NCBI GenBank assembly: GCA_002395155.1
Contig: DGWD01000034.1
Span: 1,529 to 65,528, forward strand
Length of the DNA stretch: 64,000 nt
Origin: Treponema sp. UBA4267
Lineage (GTDB): Bacteria; Spirochaetota; Spirochaetia; Treponematales; Treponemataceae
Direction of reading: 5' to 3'
The position numbers and the translations under genes were made by a program. The notes beneath the pieces were generated by a model. That model was not told the origin of the DNA, did not search any database, and saw only the letters and a list, made by a program, of their open reading frames with translations. This document shows, in pieces, positions 38,812 through 48,934 of the stretch (positions are counted from its first letter, which is position 1; every line of letters starts with the position of its first letter).

Positions 38812-38934
38812 ATTATCCCCCAACAAAACAAAAAAAAATGGCTGAACGCTTTTATGCATTCAGCCATTAAATACTTCATATATAATATAGACTCAATTAA
38901 CACATTTTTGACAAAATTTTCTAAAAAAATCCCT

Positions 38935-38960
38935 AAAAAAAACACTTTCCGAAGAAAGTG
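38935..38960 (-). terminator. Intrinsic terminator downstream of the duplicate GGGtGRT gene end
   Basis: cactttc-cgaa-gaaagtg with an A run on its left (U tail on the minus strand). Confidence 0.65.
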
Positions 38961-38965
38961 CTTTT

Positions 38966-39044
38966 ATGGATTGCTTCGGCCCTGAGCCTCTCAATGACGG
39001 ACATTATCTGTCATTGAGAGGAGCGTAGCGACGTGGCAATCTAT
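38966..39044. repeat. REP-like long imperfect palindrome (GATTGCTTCG...CAATGAC / GTCATTG...GCAATC type)
   Basis: gattgc..cctctcaatgac pairs with gtcattgagagg..gcaatc; recognisable as a widespread intergenic palindrome type. Confidence 0.75.
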
Positions 39045-39045
39045 A

Positions 39046-39078
39046 TTAGAATGAACCAGCTACTGCTACAGCACATGC
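39046..39078 (-). pseudogene. Duplicate 3' end of the GGGtGRT gene (ACAVAVAGSF*)
   Basis: GCA TGT GCT GTA GCA GTA GCT GGT TCA TTC TAA encodes the same peptide as 39253-39285. Confidence 0.85.
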
Positions 39079-39195
39079 CTACAATCGAAGAACCGTTAAA
39101 AAAAATTGTGCGACAGTGCAATTTTTTAGGTTCATCGAAAGAATGGCTCGCCGCGAGACTAGCGAGCGGCGGCAACGGCTTGCAGTAGCATGTGC
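39071..39195. repeat. Multi-hairpin element related to family B
   Basis: gaacc-gt-taaaaaaaattg/caatttttta-ggttc stem, gctcgc/gcgagc stem, terminal inverted repeat gcacatgc/gcatgtgc. Confidence 0.7.
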
Positions 39196-39199
39196 CTAT

Positions 39200-39235
39200 A
39201 AAAAAAAGAGCTCCGTTTATTCACGGAGCTCTTTT
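39200..39235 (-). terminator. Intrinsic terminator of the nifU-like/GGGtGRT operon
   Basis: aaaagagctccgt-N6-acggagctctttt with an A8 run on its left. Confidence 0.85.
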
Positions 39236-39252
39236 AATCATTCAAGATAGAA

Positions 39253-40290
39253 CTAGAAACTTCCAGCAACTGCTACGGCACACGCAACAGTACATCCTAC
39301 CATAGGGTTGTTTCCCATTCCCATGAAGCCCATCATTTCTACGTGAGCTGGTACTGATGACGAACCTGCGAACTGTGCATCTGAATGCATACGTCCGAGA
39401 GTATCAGTAAAGCCGTAAGAAGCTGGACCTGCAGCCATGTTATCAGGATGGAGTGTACGACCTGTACCACCACCAGAAGCTACAGAGAAGTATTTCTTAC
39501 CAGCAAGGAGGCGTTCCTTCTTGTAAGTACCTGCAACTGGGTGCTGGAAACGTGTTGGGTTTGTAGAGTTTCCTGTAATAGAAACATCAACATCTTCGTG
39601 CCACATAATTGCAACACCTTCGCGTACATCGTCAGCACCGTAGCACTTTACGATAAGGCGGTCAGGGTTAGATCCATATGGAACTTCCTTAACAATCTTA
39701 AGAGCCTTGTCAGTACCTTCGCCATTGAAATAGTCGAATTCAGTCTGAACATATGTAAAGCCGTTAATACGTGAAATAATCTGAGCAGCGTCTTTTCCAA
39801 GACCGTTCAAGATAACGCGGAGCTTGTTCTTACGAACTTTGTTAGCGTTAGCAGCAATCTTAATAGCACCTTCAGCAGCAGCGAATGATTCGTGACCTGC
39901 CAAGAATGCGAAACACTGAGTTTCTTCTGAAAGAAGACGAGCACCAAGGTTTCCGTGTCCAAGACCTACTTTACGGTCATCAGCTACAGAACCTGGCAAA
40001 CAGAAGGCCTGCAAGCCTTTACCAATATTTGCAGCAGCTGTAGAACCTGTCTTATCGCCAGTTTTTTCAGCTTCCTTAATAGCAATAGCAGAACCGAGAA
40101 CATATGCCCATTTAGCATCTTCAAAACAAATCTGCTGTGTAGACTGACAGATTTCGTATGGATCGAAACCGTGTGATTTACAAAGATCACGAGCTTCATT
40201 TAATCCTGCTTCACCTTCTTTAAAACCATATTCTTTAAGAGCCTTATTCACCTGAGGAATGCGGCCTTCAAAATCTTCAAATAATGCCAT
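39253..40290 (-). CDS. GGGtGRT protein (function unknown)
   Basis: SVASGGGTGRTLHPDNM, LAGHESFAAAEGA. Confidence 0.95.
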   Translation of the reverse strand: MALFEDFEGRIPQVNKALKEYGFKEGEAGLNEARDLCKSHGFDPYEICQSTQQICFEDAKWAYVLGSAIAIKEAEKTGDKTGSTAAANIGKGLQAFCLPGSVADDRKVGLGHGNLGARLLSEETQCFAFLAGHESFAAAEGAIKIAANANKVRKNKLRVILNGLGKDAAQIISRINGFTYVQTEFDYFNGEGTDKALKIVKEVPYGSNPDRLIVKCYGADDVREGVAIMWHEDVDVSITGNSTNPTRFQHPVAGTYKKERLLAGKKYFSVASGGGTGRTLHPDNMAAGPASYGFTDTLGRMHSDAQFAGSSSVPAHVEMMGFMGMGNNPMVGCTVACAVAVAGSF

Positions 40291-40300
40291 TATATTCCTC

Positions 40301-41002
40301 CTATTCCTTTCTAGGGTCGATAAGTTTTACCATACCCTGATCAGCAGTTACACGACCATAGTGAGTACGTGCACCTTCGATAGCTTCCTGTGCAGGTTTT
40401 CCAGCCTTAAGAGCATCCATTAATTTACCAAAGTTGATACAGTTGTAACCAATAATCTGTCCATCTTTATCAACAGCACAAGTTTCTACATAACCTTCTG
40501 TCATTTCGAGATAGCGAGGACCTGTTTTGCGTGTAGCAAACATTGTTCCTACCTGAGAACGGAGGTTCTTTCCAAGGTCTTCAAGAGAAGCACCAACTTT
40601 AAGTCCACCCTTAGAATAAGCTGACTGAGTACGACCGTAAACAATCTGCATGAAAAGTTCGCGCATAGCAGTGTTGATAGCATCACAAACGAGGTCAGTA
40701 TTCAAAGCTTCAAGCAAAGTTTTTCCGATAAGAATTTCAGATGCCATAGCAGCTGAGTGAGTCATACCAGAACAACCAATAGTTTCAACGAGAGCTTCTT
40801 CAATAATGCCGTCTTTAACATTAAGAGAAAGTTTACAAGCACCCTGCTGTGGGGCACACCAACCGATTCCGTGTGTAAAACCAGAAACGTCTTCAATTTT
40901 TTTTACCTTTACCCATTCCCCTTCTTCAGGAATTGGGGCAGGTCCATGATATGCGCCTTTTGCCAAAGGACACATATGTTCCACTTCTGCAGTGTATACC
41001 AT
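40301..41002 (-). CDS. NifU/IscU-like iron-sulfur scaffold-domain protein, partner of GGGtGRT
   Basis: GWCAPQQGAC, TIGCSGMTHS, DLVCDAIN; start moved to ATG 41002 because of the AAGGAG RBS. Confidence 0.88.
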   Translation of the reverse strand: MVYTAEVEHMCPLAKGAYHGPAPIPEEGEWVKVKKIEDVSGFTHGIGWCAPQQGACKLSLNVKDGIIEEALVETIGCSGMTHSAAMASEILIGKTLLEALNTDLVCDAINTAMRELFMQIVYGRTQSAYSKGGLKVGASLEDLGKNLRSQVGTMFATRKTGPRYLEMTEGYVETCAVDKDGQIIGYNCINFGKLMDALKAGKPAQEAIEGARTHYGRVTADQGMVKLIDPRKE

Positions 41003-41094
41003 GAAATGCTCCTTAAATATAGAGAAAAAAATTATGTGAAAGGAAAAACTCTGAAAGGAGTAAGCAGTATATCTTTTTGCAGATGCCTGCCAAC

Positions 41095-41121
41095 GACTCA
41101 TTAGCCACAATTAGTCATTTC
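41095..41121. promoter_or_regulatory. 27-bp repeat / palindromic operator candidate, copy 1
   Basis: gactcattagccacaattagtcatttc; one mismatch to 41251-41277. Confidence 0.6.
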
Positions 41122-41197
41122 CTTTTAGATAGAATCTTCCTATCTTTCCATATTAATATAGAAGAATATCGTTTTTTATTAGATTTATCAATCATAA

Positions 41198-41226
41198 TTG
41201 ACACAATATGAAACAATCATTAAACT
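41198..41226 (+). promoter_or_regulatory. Sigma70 promoter of eno
   Basis: TTGACA-17 bp-TAAACT. Confidence 0.75.
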
Positions 41227-41250
41227 AGGATTTGTTAGTATTACCTAACT

Positions 41251-41277
41251 GACTCATTAGCCACAATCAGTCATTTC
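41251..41277. promoter_or_regulatory. 27-bp repeat / palindromic operator candidate, copy 2
   Basis: gactcattagccacaatcagtcatttc in the eno leader. Confidence 0.6.
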
Positions 41278-41280
41278 TAA

Positions 41281-42630
<1,350 letters not shown>

Positions 42631-42650
42631 TCTCCGATAACTTTGACTAA

Positions 42651-42685
42651 AAAAAAGTCAGAACCGTTTTGGTTCTGACTTTTTT
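42651..42685. terminator. Bidirectional intrinsic terminator
   Basis: aaaaaagtcagaacc-gtttt-ggttctgactttttt between convergent genes. Confidence 0.9.
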
Positions 42686-42707
42686 ATTTTAAAGATTTAT
42701 TGCTATT

Positions 42708-44003
42708 TTACTTATCTTTCTTAATTGGTTTTACAAAGAAAATTGAAAGACAAAGAGCAACAATATAAAGGCAACCAGTAACAATCAAAACATTCTGATA
42801 ACCAGTTGGATTTACTTCAATTCCATGAAGCATAATTTTTTCACCAGTACGAGAAACAATTGCATTTGCCATCTGGTTTCCTGTAAGACCTGCAAAAGCC
42901 CATGCAGAAAGTGTAATTCCATGAATTGCAGAAATTGAACCCATTCCGTAGTGGTCAGAAAGTAAAGTTGGAACGTTAGAGAAGCCTCCACCATATCCTG
43001 CATTTACAATAAAGATCAAAGCAAGAACGAAGATGATAAGGAGAATGTTTCCATCACCTTTTGCAATACCCTTTGTAAAGAATACAATAGCTGTAAAGGC
43101 AATTGAAAGAATGAAGATTAATTTATAAACAGTATTACGGTCTTTCATGTGATCAGCCCAAGCAGAGAAACCAAGACGACCACCTGCATTAAAGATAGCT
43201 GAAATTGTAGAAATAATACCGACAGAACCTGCAAGGCCAATACATTTAACAATCATCTTTTCCTGAGAAATTAGAGCAAGACCACAAGTAATGTTCAAGT
43301 AGAACATAAGCCAGATACCTACATAAGAAATGATTGGTTCACGTTTAAGAGTAGCAATAATTCCTTCATCCTTAGATTTATTCTGTGGTTCAACCCAATC
43401 AGCAGGTTTAGCAAGAAGAAGGTGGCCTACAAACATCATTACAAAGTAAATAGCTGCAAGGATATAGAACATTTTGAAGATTTCACCATTCTGGTTGTCG
43501 CCAAGAAGTTTCTGCATAATTGGAGAAGCAATTGCTTTTGCGGCACCAAAACCTGCAACTGCAAGACCTGTAGCAAGGCCTTTTTTATCTTTGAACCAGA
43601 GCATCAAAGTCTTTACAGGAGAAAGATAACCTGTTCCCAAACCAATACCCATGATAAATCCGTAAGAAACATAGATGCCAACTAAAGCTAAAACACTATG
43701 CTGATGATTTCCACCATACCAGATAAAGAAACCTGTACCAGCCATACCTGCGGCAAAAGTAATTGTAGCAATCAGAGAAGATTTATGAATATTCTTTTCT
43801 ACAAGATTGCCCAAGAAGGCAGCTGACATACCCAGGAAAAAGATGGCAAAAGAGAAAGCCCATTCAACGGCTCCTTTTGAAAAGCCAATATAATTAGCAA
43901 TTTCCTGACTAAAGATTGACCAACAGTATACAGTACCTATACTGCAGTGAAGTAACAAAGCTGGAATAGCACCTCTAATCCACTTGTTTTGAATATTTTT
44001 CAT
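42708..44003 (-). CDS. OFA-family (oxalate/formate antiporter-like) MFS transporter
   Basis: IGTVYCWS, GIGLGTGY, WFKDKKGLATG, FNAGGR, YGGGF; start ATG 44003 after GGAG. Confidence 0.9.
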   Translation of the reverse strand: MKNIQNKWIRGAIPALLLHCSIGTVYCWSIFSQEIANYIGFSKGAVEWAFSFAIFFLGMSAAFLGNLVEKNIHKSSLIATITFAAGMAGTGFFIWYGGNHQHSVLALVGIYVSYGFIMGIGLGTGYLSPVKTLMLWFKDKKGLATGLAVAGFGAAKAIASPIMQKLLGDNQNGEIFKMFYILAAIYFVMMFVGHLLLAKPADWVEPQNKSKDEGIIATLKREPIISYVGIWLMFYLNITCGLALISQEKMIVKCIGLAGSVGIISTISAIFNAGGRLGFSAWADHMKDRNTVYKLIFILSIAFTAIVFFTKGIAKGDGNILLIIFVLALIFIVNAGYGGGFSNVPTLLSDHYGMGSISAIHGITLSAWAFAGLTGNQMANAIVSRTGEKIMLHGIEVNPTGYQNVLIVTGCLYIVALCLSIFFVKPIKKDK

Positions 44004-44141
44004 ATAAACTCCGTAAAAAAAGTGTGTTTTATATTTTATCATAAAATAAAAATTAATAAAATTATCTAGCAGATATTTTCTTTTTCATTTTGTTGTAAAA
44101 ATAAGGTTTGACTAGTAAAATATAAAGGATAAGAGTTCCTG

Positions 44142-45527
44142 ATGAAAAATAAATCCATAACAAAACTAACAAAATATCTTCTCGAATGGATCAAATCTAA
44201 TTTGATTGCCCCTAGAGAACTTAAAATTAAAAGAATAAAAAGAAACAACCATTATTTATTGTTCTTTTCTGCTGCATTTGGACTTTTTGGTTTAACTTTT
44301 TCATTTGTAACTCTCTTAAAGAATGATTTTAAGTTTAATAAAGATATTTGGTTTGAGTTTAATTATTATGCCAGCTATATCTTTATGGCAGGAATTATTT
44401 TTCCATGGTGCTTTTATCTAAACAGGCATCCAGAAAAGATAGCATTAAAAGTAATTCAACCAATTCATTTTGGTCTTATTGCCTTTTTAACAAGTATTTT
44501 TCTAGTTTTCCAACATCAACCAACCTTAAATGCTTATATTATTCTTGTATGTGTAACTGTACTTTTACCAATTGCCTTTTTTATTGAACCAGTTATTTAT
44601 GACCCTGTTGTTACAATTATGCTTGTTGCTATAAGTCCTAAAATTCATACACTTTTTGGCACAGGCACAATGATAAATAACTTTCTCTATCTTATTGTTT
44701 TAAATATTCTTGCCGTAAACCGTTGGCGCAGTGTTATCAGGGATTTTAATCACGAACAAAAGCTGGAAGAAAACATCAAAAACATAAAGAACGAAATTGC
44801 CCTTGCATCACAAGTTCAGAAGACTTTTTTTAAGCATAATAATACCAATTTTAAAGATTGGGCTATTGCTCATTACAATAAACCTATGACCGGTGTTTCC
44901 GGAGATTTTTTTGACATTTATAGTCATGATGATGAGCTGGAAGGAATTGGAATATTTGATGTTTCTGGTCATGGAATTGCTTCGGGCTTGGTAACCATGC
45001 TGGTAAAGAACATCATCAACAATGAGTTTCAGGAAGGTAAAAAGGATGATTTATTAATTGTTCTTGAAAGAATAAATCAAAGTGTTTTAGAAGAAAAAGG
45101 TGATGTAGAAAATTATCTAACTGGAATTCTTGTAAGGATTGATGGAGATAAAGTCAATTTTGTAACAGCAGCTCATTCACTTCCGATTTTATATAGAGCA
45201 ATGGAAGATAAAGTAAGCTACATAGAACCTAACGGACAAAAGTCTTATGGTGCAATTGGAATGAAAAACGTTCCATCAAAATTTGCAGAATATTCAATAA
45301 CTATGAATAAAGGTGATGAATTAATTTTCTTTACAGATGGAATTACAGATGCTACAAATGAAGTAAATAATTCTTTTGGAAAAGAAAGACTCTTAAAATC
45401 TGCAATGCGTAATGTTATAAGACCACTTTCAACTCAAATTGACTGTATCATTAGTGATGTAAAAACATTCTCTGCAAATGTTCCACAAAACGACGATATT
45501 ACTTTGATTATTTTGGAAAAGAAATAA
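44142..45527 (+). CDS. Multi-TM SpoIIE/PP2C phosphatase
   Basis: About 6 TM segments; VSGDFFD, DVSGHG, FTDG, DDIT. Confidence 0.9.
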   Translation: MKNKSITKLTKYLLEWIKSNLIAPRELKIKRIKRNNHYLLFFSAAFGLFGLTFSFVTLLKNDFKFNKDIWFEFNYYASYIFMAGIIFPWCFYLNRHPEKIALKVIQPIHFGLIAFLTSIFLVFQHQPTLNAYIILVCVTVLLPIAFFIEPVIYDPVVTIMLVAISPKIHTLFGTGTMINNFLYLIVLNILAVNRWRSVIRDFNHEQKLEENIKNIKNEIALASQVQKTFFKHNNTNFKDWAIAHYNKPMTGVSGDFFDIYSHDDELEGIGIFDVSGHGIASGLVTMLVKNIINNEFQEGKKDDLLIVLERINQSVLEEKGDVENYLTGILVRIDGDKVNFVTAAHSLPILYRAMEDKVSYIEPNGQKSYGAIGMKNVPSKFAEYSITMNKGDELIFFTDGITDATNEVNNSFGKERLLKSAMRNVIRPLSTQIDCIISDVKTFSANVPQNDDITLIILEKK

Positions 45528-45540
45528 TGCAGCTAAAAAT

Positions 45541-45750
45541 CTAACAAAAAAGTGTACACATGCCACTTTTACGATAATAATCTATCAATTTTTCTATATC
45601 AGTCCTGCTGCAGTTAAAATCTTTTGCAAGACAATCCATACAAAGAAACTCTTTGGCTCCCCTGTTTACCAATTTGCGGTAAATGGCAATATCATCTGCA
45701 AATAATTCCTGACCACATCTAAAACAGGACTGATAATTTGATTCCGACAT
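45541..45750 (-). CDS. Small Cys-rich (zinc-ribbon-like) protein
   Basis: CFRC...KLVNRG...CMDCLA...GMCTLFC; starts 3 bp after the GH27 stop. Confidence 0.7.
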   Translation of the reverse strand: MSESNYQSCFRCGQELFADDIAIYRKLVNRGAKEFLCMDCLAKDFNCSRTDIEKLIDYYRKSGMCTLFC

Positions 45751-45753
45751 TTT

Positions 45754-46905
45754 TTACTGACGAACAAGCTTTGCTCTGAACATTAAAGAACCATGGCTTT
45801 CTACTTTAAAACAAAGTCTTTCTGTAAATTTACCAAGACTTTCATGTTTGTAACAGTCATAAACTTCAAGAGCACGTCCAGATGAATATGGAAGTCCAAT
45901 ATCATAAAGCTGCAAAGACATTTCTGCATTTTTGTCGGTAAAGTTGAACATTCCAATTGCATAGTCTCCACCACACAAAGGTTTAATAAGACTAAATACA
46001 TTTTCTGGATTATTCCACTGACGAACACAGAAAGGTCCACGACATTCAGGATCCTGGTTAATTGCGATTACATCTTTATTAGTCAAAATCTCTTTTGCTT
46101 TTGCAGACATTTTTCTAACATCACAACCAATCATCAATGGAGAATTCATTATTGCCCACAAAGCAAAATGTGTCTGATATTCTACATCAGTACATCCACC
46201 AACGGCATTAATAAATTCATTATTGCTGCTTCCATGCATACCAACAACGAGCATATCCATATCATTGTGACAGAAAGGAGCCCCATAGGCCTGTTTATCA
46301 AGCTGACTTTTTGCAATATTGGCGATAGAAGTCCAGCTGTCCTGAATATCACCAGTTGAGCGGAAAAGATTTGCTCCTGCACCGCGAATCCAGGAATGAA
46401 CGTTATCGCTACCCCAGTTGCAGGCAGAAAAAACTATATCACGACCACAGTTACGAAGAGCCATGCCCATTCGACGGTACAAAAGAGGACCATCTGCACT
46501 GGCAGGTTTATAACAGAAGTCGTATTTAAGATAGTCTACACCCCAGGAAGCAAATGTCTGAGCATCTACAAATTCATGTTCAAAACTTCCAGGATAACCT
46601 GCACAAGTATGAGTACCTGCACAGGAATACATACCAAACTTTAAGCCTTTAGAATGAACATAGTCAGCAACAACCTTCATTCCATTTGGAAATTTTTCAT
46701 GATCAGGTACAAGACGGCCTTTTGAATCACGCTGTTTTTCGCTCCAGCAGTCATCAATTACGATATACTCATATCCTGCATCACGAAGTCCACTTTCAAC
46801 AAAAAAATCAGCTGTTGTTTTAATTAACTCTTCATTAATATTCCAGGAAAAAGTATTCCAGGAATTCCATCCCATTGGTGGAAGGGCTGCTAAAGGCTTT
46901 TTCAT
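45754..46905 (-). CDS. GH27 alpha-galactosidase
   Basis: PPMGWNSWN, IDDCW, GVDYLKYDFC, RSTGDI, NDMDML; start ATG 46905 after GGAG. Confidence 0.95.
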   Translation of the reverse strand: MKKPLAALPPMGWNSWNTFSWNINEELIKTTADFFVESGLRDAGYEYIVIDDCWSEKQRDSKGRLVPDHEKFPNGMKVVADYVHSKGLKFGMYSCAGTHTCAGYPGSFEHEFVDAQTFASWGVDYLKYDFCYKPASADGPLLYRRMGMALRNCGRDIVFSACNWGSDNVHSWIRGAGANLFRSTGDIQDSWTSIANIAKSQLDKQAYGAPFCHNDMDMLVVGMHGSSNNEFINAVGGCTDVEYQTHFALWAIMNSPLMIGCDVRKMSAKAKEILTNKDVIAINQDPECRGPFCVRQWNNPENVFSLIKPLCGGDYAIGMFNFTDKNAEMSLQLYDIGLPYSSGRALEVYDCYKHESLGKFTERLCFKVESHGSLMFRAKLVRQ

Positions 46906-46909
46906 ATTT

Positions 46910-48175
46910 TTACTCCGTTGGACGTTTTTTGAGGTTCTTGCTTTCTGTAATAGCCTGACCTTCACCAACCTGCTGTTCCATCATAGCACGTACCTTGAGT
47001 GGAAGACCTGCAAGTGTGATAAAGCCCTGTGCATCTTTATGGTTGTAAAGTTCTCCAGTTGTGAATGAAGCAATTGATTCATTGTAGAGAGAATATTTAG
47101 AACCAGAACCAGCACCACGAACAGCACCTTTTACAACTTTTACTTTTGACCAGCCAGTTACATTTTCTTCTGCCTTGTCAATAAATGCCATACAAGAATC
47201 CATTAAAGTTGTGAACCATTTTCCTTCATAAATAAGGTCAGCCATTCTTAAAGAAACGTGCTGTTTGAAGTGGTAAGTTTCTTTATCAAGACAGATATGA
47301 TCCATCATTCTGTGAGCGTAGTAAAGGATTGCTCCACCTGGAGTTTCGTAAACACCACGGCTCTTCATTCCTACGAAACGGTTTTCACAAATATCTACAA
47401 GACCAACTCCGTTACGTCCACCAATTACGTTCAATTCATTGAGGAGTGAAAGAGCGTCCATTTTTTTACCGTTCAAACCAACAGGAATACCCTTTTCCCA
47501 GTCGATTGTTACATATTCACCATCATTTGGAGCTTCTTCTGGAACAACAGTATTTTTAAGCATGTGCTTGTAGTTTGGTTCGTTTTCAGTTTTTTCAAGT
47601 TCAAGACCTTCGTGAGAAAGGTGCCAGATATTTTCATCGCGTGAGTATGACTGATCCTTCTTCATTGGAACTTCGAGTCCGCGGTCTTCCAGGAATTTAA
47701 TTTCTGCTTCACGGCTGTCCATATTCCATTTATCATCACGCCATGCAGCAATTACTTTAATATCTGGAGCAAAAGCCTTAATAGCAAATTCAAAACGAAC
47801 CTGGTCGTTTCCTTTACCAGTTGCACCGTGACAAATTGCAACAGCCTTTTCCTGGCGGGCATATTCTACTAAGATTTTTCCAATTAATGGACGAGCTGTT
47901 GATGTTCCTAAAAGATATTCATCTTCGTAAACAGCATTTGCTTTTAAAGCTGGCCATACATATTCTTCAATATATTCCTGTTTTGCATCTACAACATAGC
48001 AGGCAGCAGCACCAGTTTTAAGTGCACGAGATTTAATTGCATCCCAGTCATCACCCTGACCAACATCAATACAAACAGCGATAACATCATAGTTATAGTT
48101 TTCTTTTAACCAAGGAATGATAACAGTTGTATCAAGTCCTCCTGAATAAGCCAAAATTACCTTGTCTTTTGCCAT
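46910..48175 (-). CDS. argG: Argininosuccinate synthase
   Basis: LAYSGGLDT, HGATGKGNDQVRFE, YSRDENIWH, GMKSRGVYETPG. Confidence 0.99.
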   Translation of the reverse strand: MAKDKVILAYSGGLDTTVIIPWLKENYNYDVIAVCIDVGQGDDWDAIKSRALKTGAAACYVVDAKQEYIEEYVWPALKANAVYEDEYLLGTSTARPLIGKILVEYARQEKAVAICHGATGKGNDQVRFEFAIKAFAPDIKVIAAWRDDKWNMDSREAEIKFLEDRGLEVPMKKDQSYSRDENIWHLSHEGLELEKTENEPNYKHMLKNTVVPEEAPNDGEYVTIDWEKGIPVGLNGKKMDALSLLNELNVIGGRNGVGLVDICENRFVGMKSRGVYETPGGAILYYAHRMMDHICLDKETYHFKQHVSLRMADLIYEGKWFTTLMDSCMAFIDKAEENVTGWSKVKVVKGAVRGAGSGSKYSLYNESIASFTTGELYNHKDAQGFITLAGLPLKVRAMMEQQVGEGQAITESKNLKKRPTE

Positions 48176-48186
48176 ATATAGCCTCC

Positions 48187-48273
48187 TGTGTAAGCCCGCC
48201 GGTCAGAGCGGGCGGTGTTCGATAGCAAAGCGTTAAAAAAAATTGCGACACAGCAATTTTTTAGCTTTACCAC
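48187..48273. repeat. Dispersed two-hairpin element, family B, copy 2 (argG leader)
   Basis: TGTGTAA-[gcccgc/gcgggc]-GGTGTT..ATAGCAAAGCGTTAAAAAAAATTGC-gacaca-GCAATTTTTTAGCTTTACCAC. Confidence 0.85.
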
Positions 48274-48276
48274 TAA

Positions 48277-48325
48277 AATGCATAAATATACAAAAAATAT
48301 ACAATTTTCCGTAAATATATGCAAT
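48277..48325. promoter_or_regulatory. ARG box(es), ArgR operator
   Basis: AATGCATAAATATACAAA (48277-94) fits WWTGMATWWWWATDCAWW; a weaker second box at 48308-25; upstream of argG. Confidence 0.65.
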
Positions 48326-48343
48326 ATGAAATACAAGTAGAGA

Positions 48344-48931
48344 TTACAATTCAAAAATGATTTTTTTGTAATTATCACAAGAAAGTTCCAGGTCTTTTAC
48401 TTCTTTATCTTTTTGCAGATGGAGGATAAATGAATCATTTTTTTGCTCGAGAGACCAAATTGCTGCTTTATCATTGTTAAACTTTTTGATTAAGTGGGCT
48501 TTTATAAACTCGCCAAGCAGGAGATTTACTTTTTCCTTATGCAGATATCTTGTTTTTTTAGCAGAAAGTTCCTGCAAATACTTTTGACGGTTTTGCAAAC
48601 ATTCTTCGATTTCTGGAAAAGGATTATTTGGAAATTTTGCATCGGCAATTTTTACAAAATCACTACCAGAGCCCTGCATAAAAGAGCCCTTAATCTGGTT
48701 TTGAATATAAAGACGAAGCTTTACAGTATCACTTATAAAAAGTTCCCAAGTAACATATGATGAAGAATAATTTATATTCGCTTTTACTTCAGGATGCCTT
48801 CTTTCAAAATCTTCAAAAACTTCTTTACACTGCTCCATAGGAAGACCTTTTGCATTTGTCCTAACCATATTTTTATGGAGCATGTGTACTAAAATTTCCT
48901 TCCAGAAATCCGATTCTACATCATCATACAT
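48344..48931 (-). CDS. Hypothetical protein
   Basis: 195-aa ORF starting 3 bp after the PAP2 stop; no motif recognised. Confidence 0.65.
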   Translation of the reverse strand: MYDDVESDFWKEILVHMLHKNMVRTNAKGLPMEQCKEVFEDFERRHPEVKANINYSSSYVTWELFISDTVKLRLYIQNQIKGSFMQGSGSDFVKIADAKFPNNPFPEIEECLQNRQKYLQELSAKKTRYLHKEKVNLLLGEFIKAHLIKKFNNDKAAIWSLEQKNDSFILHLQKDKEVKDLELSCDNYKKIIFEL

Positions 48932-48934
48932 AAT

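Noticed and set aside
37052-39200. Integron cassette array
   Set aside because: No paired RYYYAAC/GTTRRRY attC cores recognised, genes are in mixed orientation, and no intI is present.
41101-41109. DnaA-box-like TTAGCCACA inside the 27-bp repeats
   Set aside because: Mismatch at a conserved position, only two copies, and no oriC-associated genes nearby.
41003-41110. N-terminal extension of the NifU-like ORF; possible glycine or ZTP riboswitch
   Set aside because: The RBS supports ATG 41002, and the riboswitch consensus elements are not present.
46906-46968. GH27 N-terminal extension overlapping argG
   Set aside because: GGAG plus ATG at 46905 gives a normal GH27 N-terminus.
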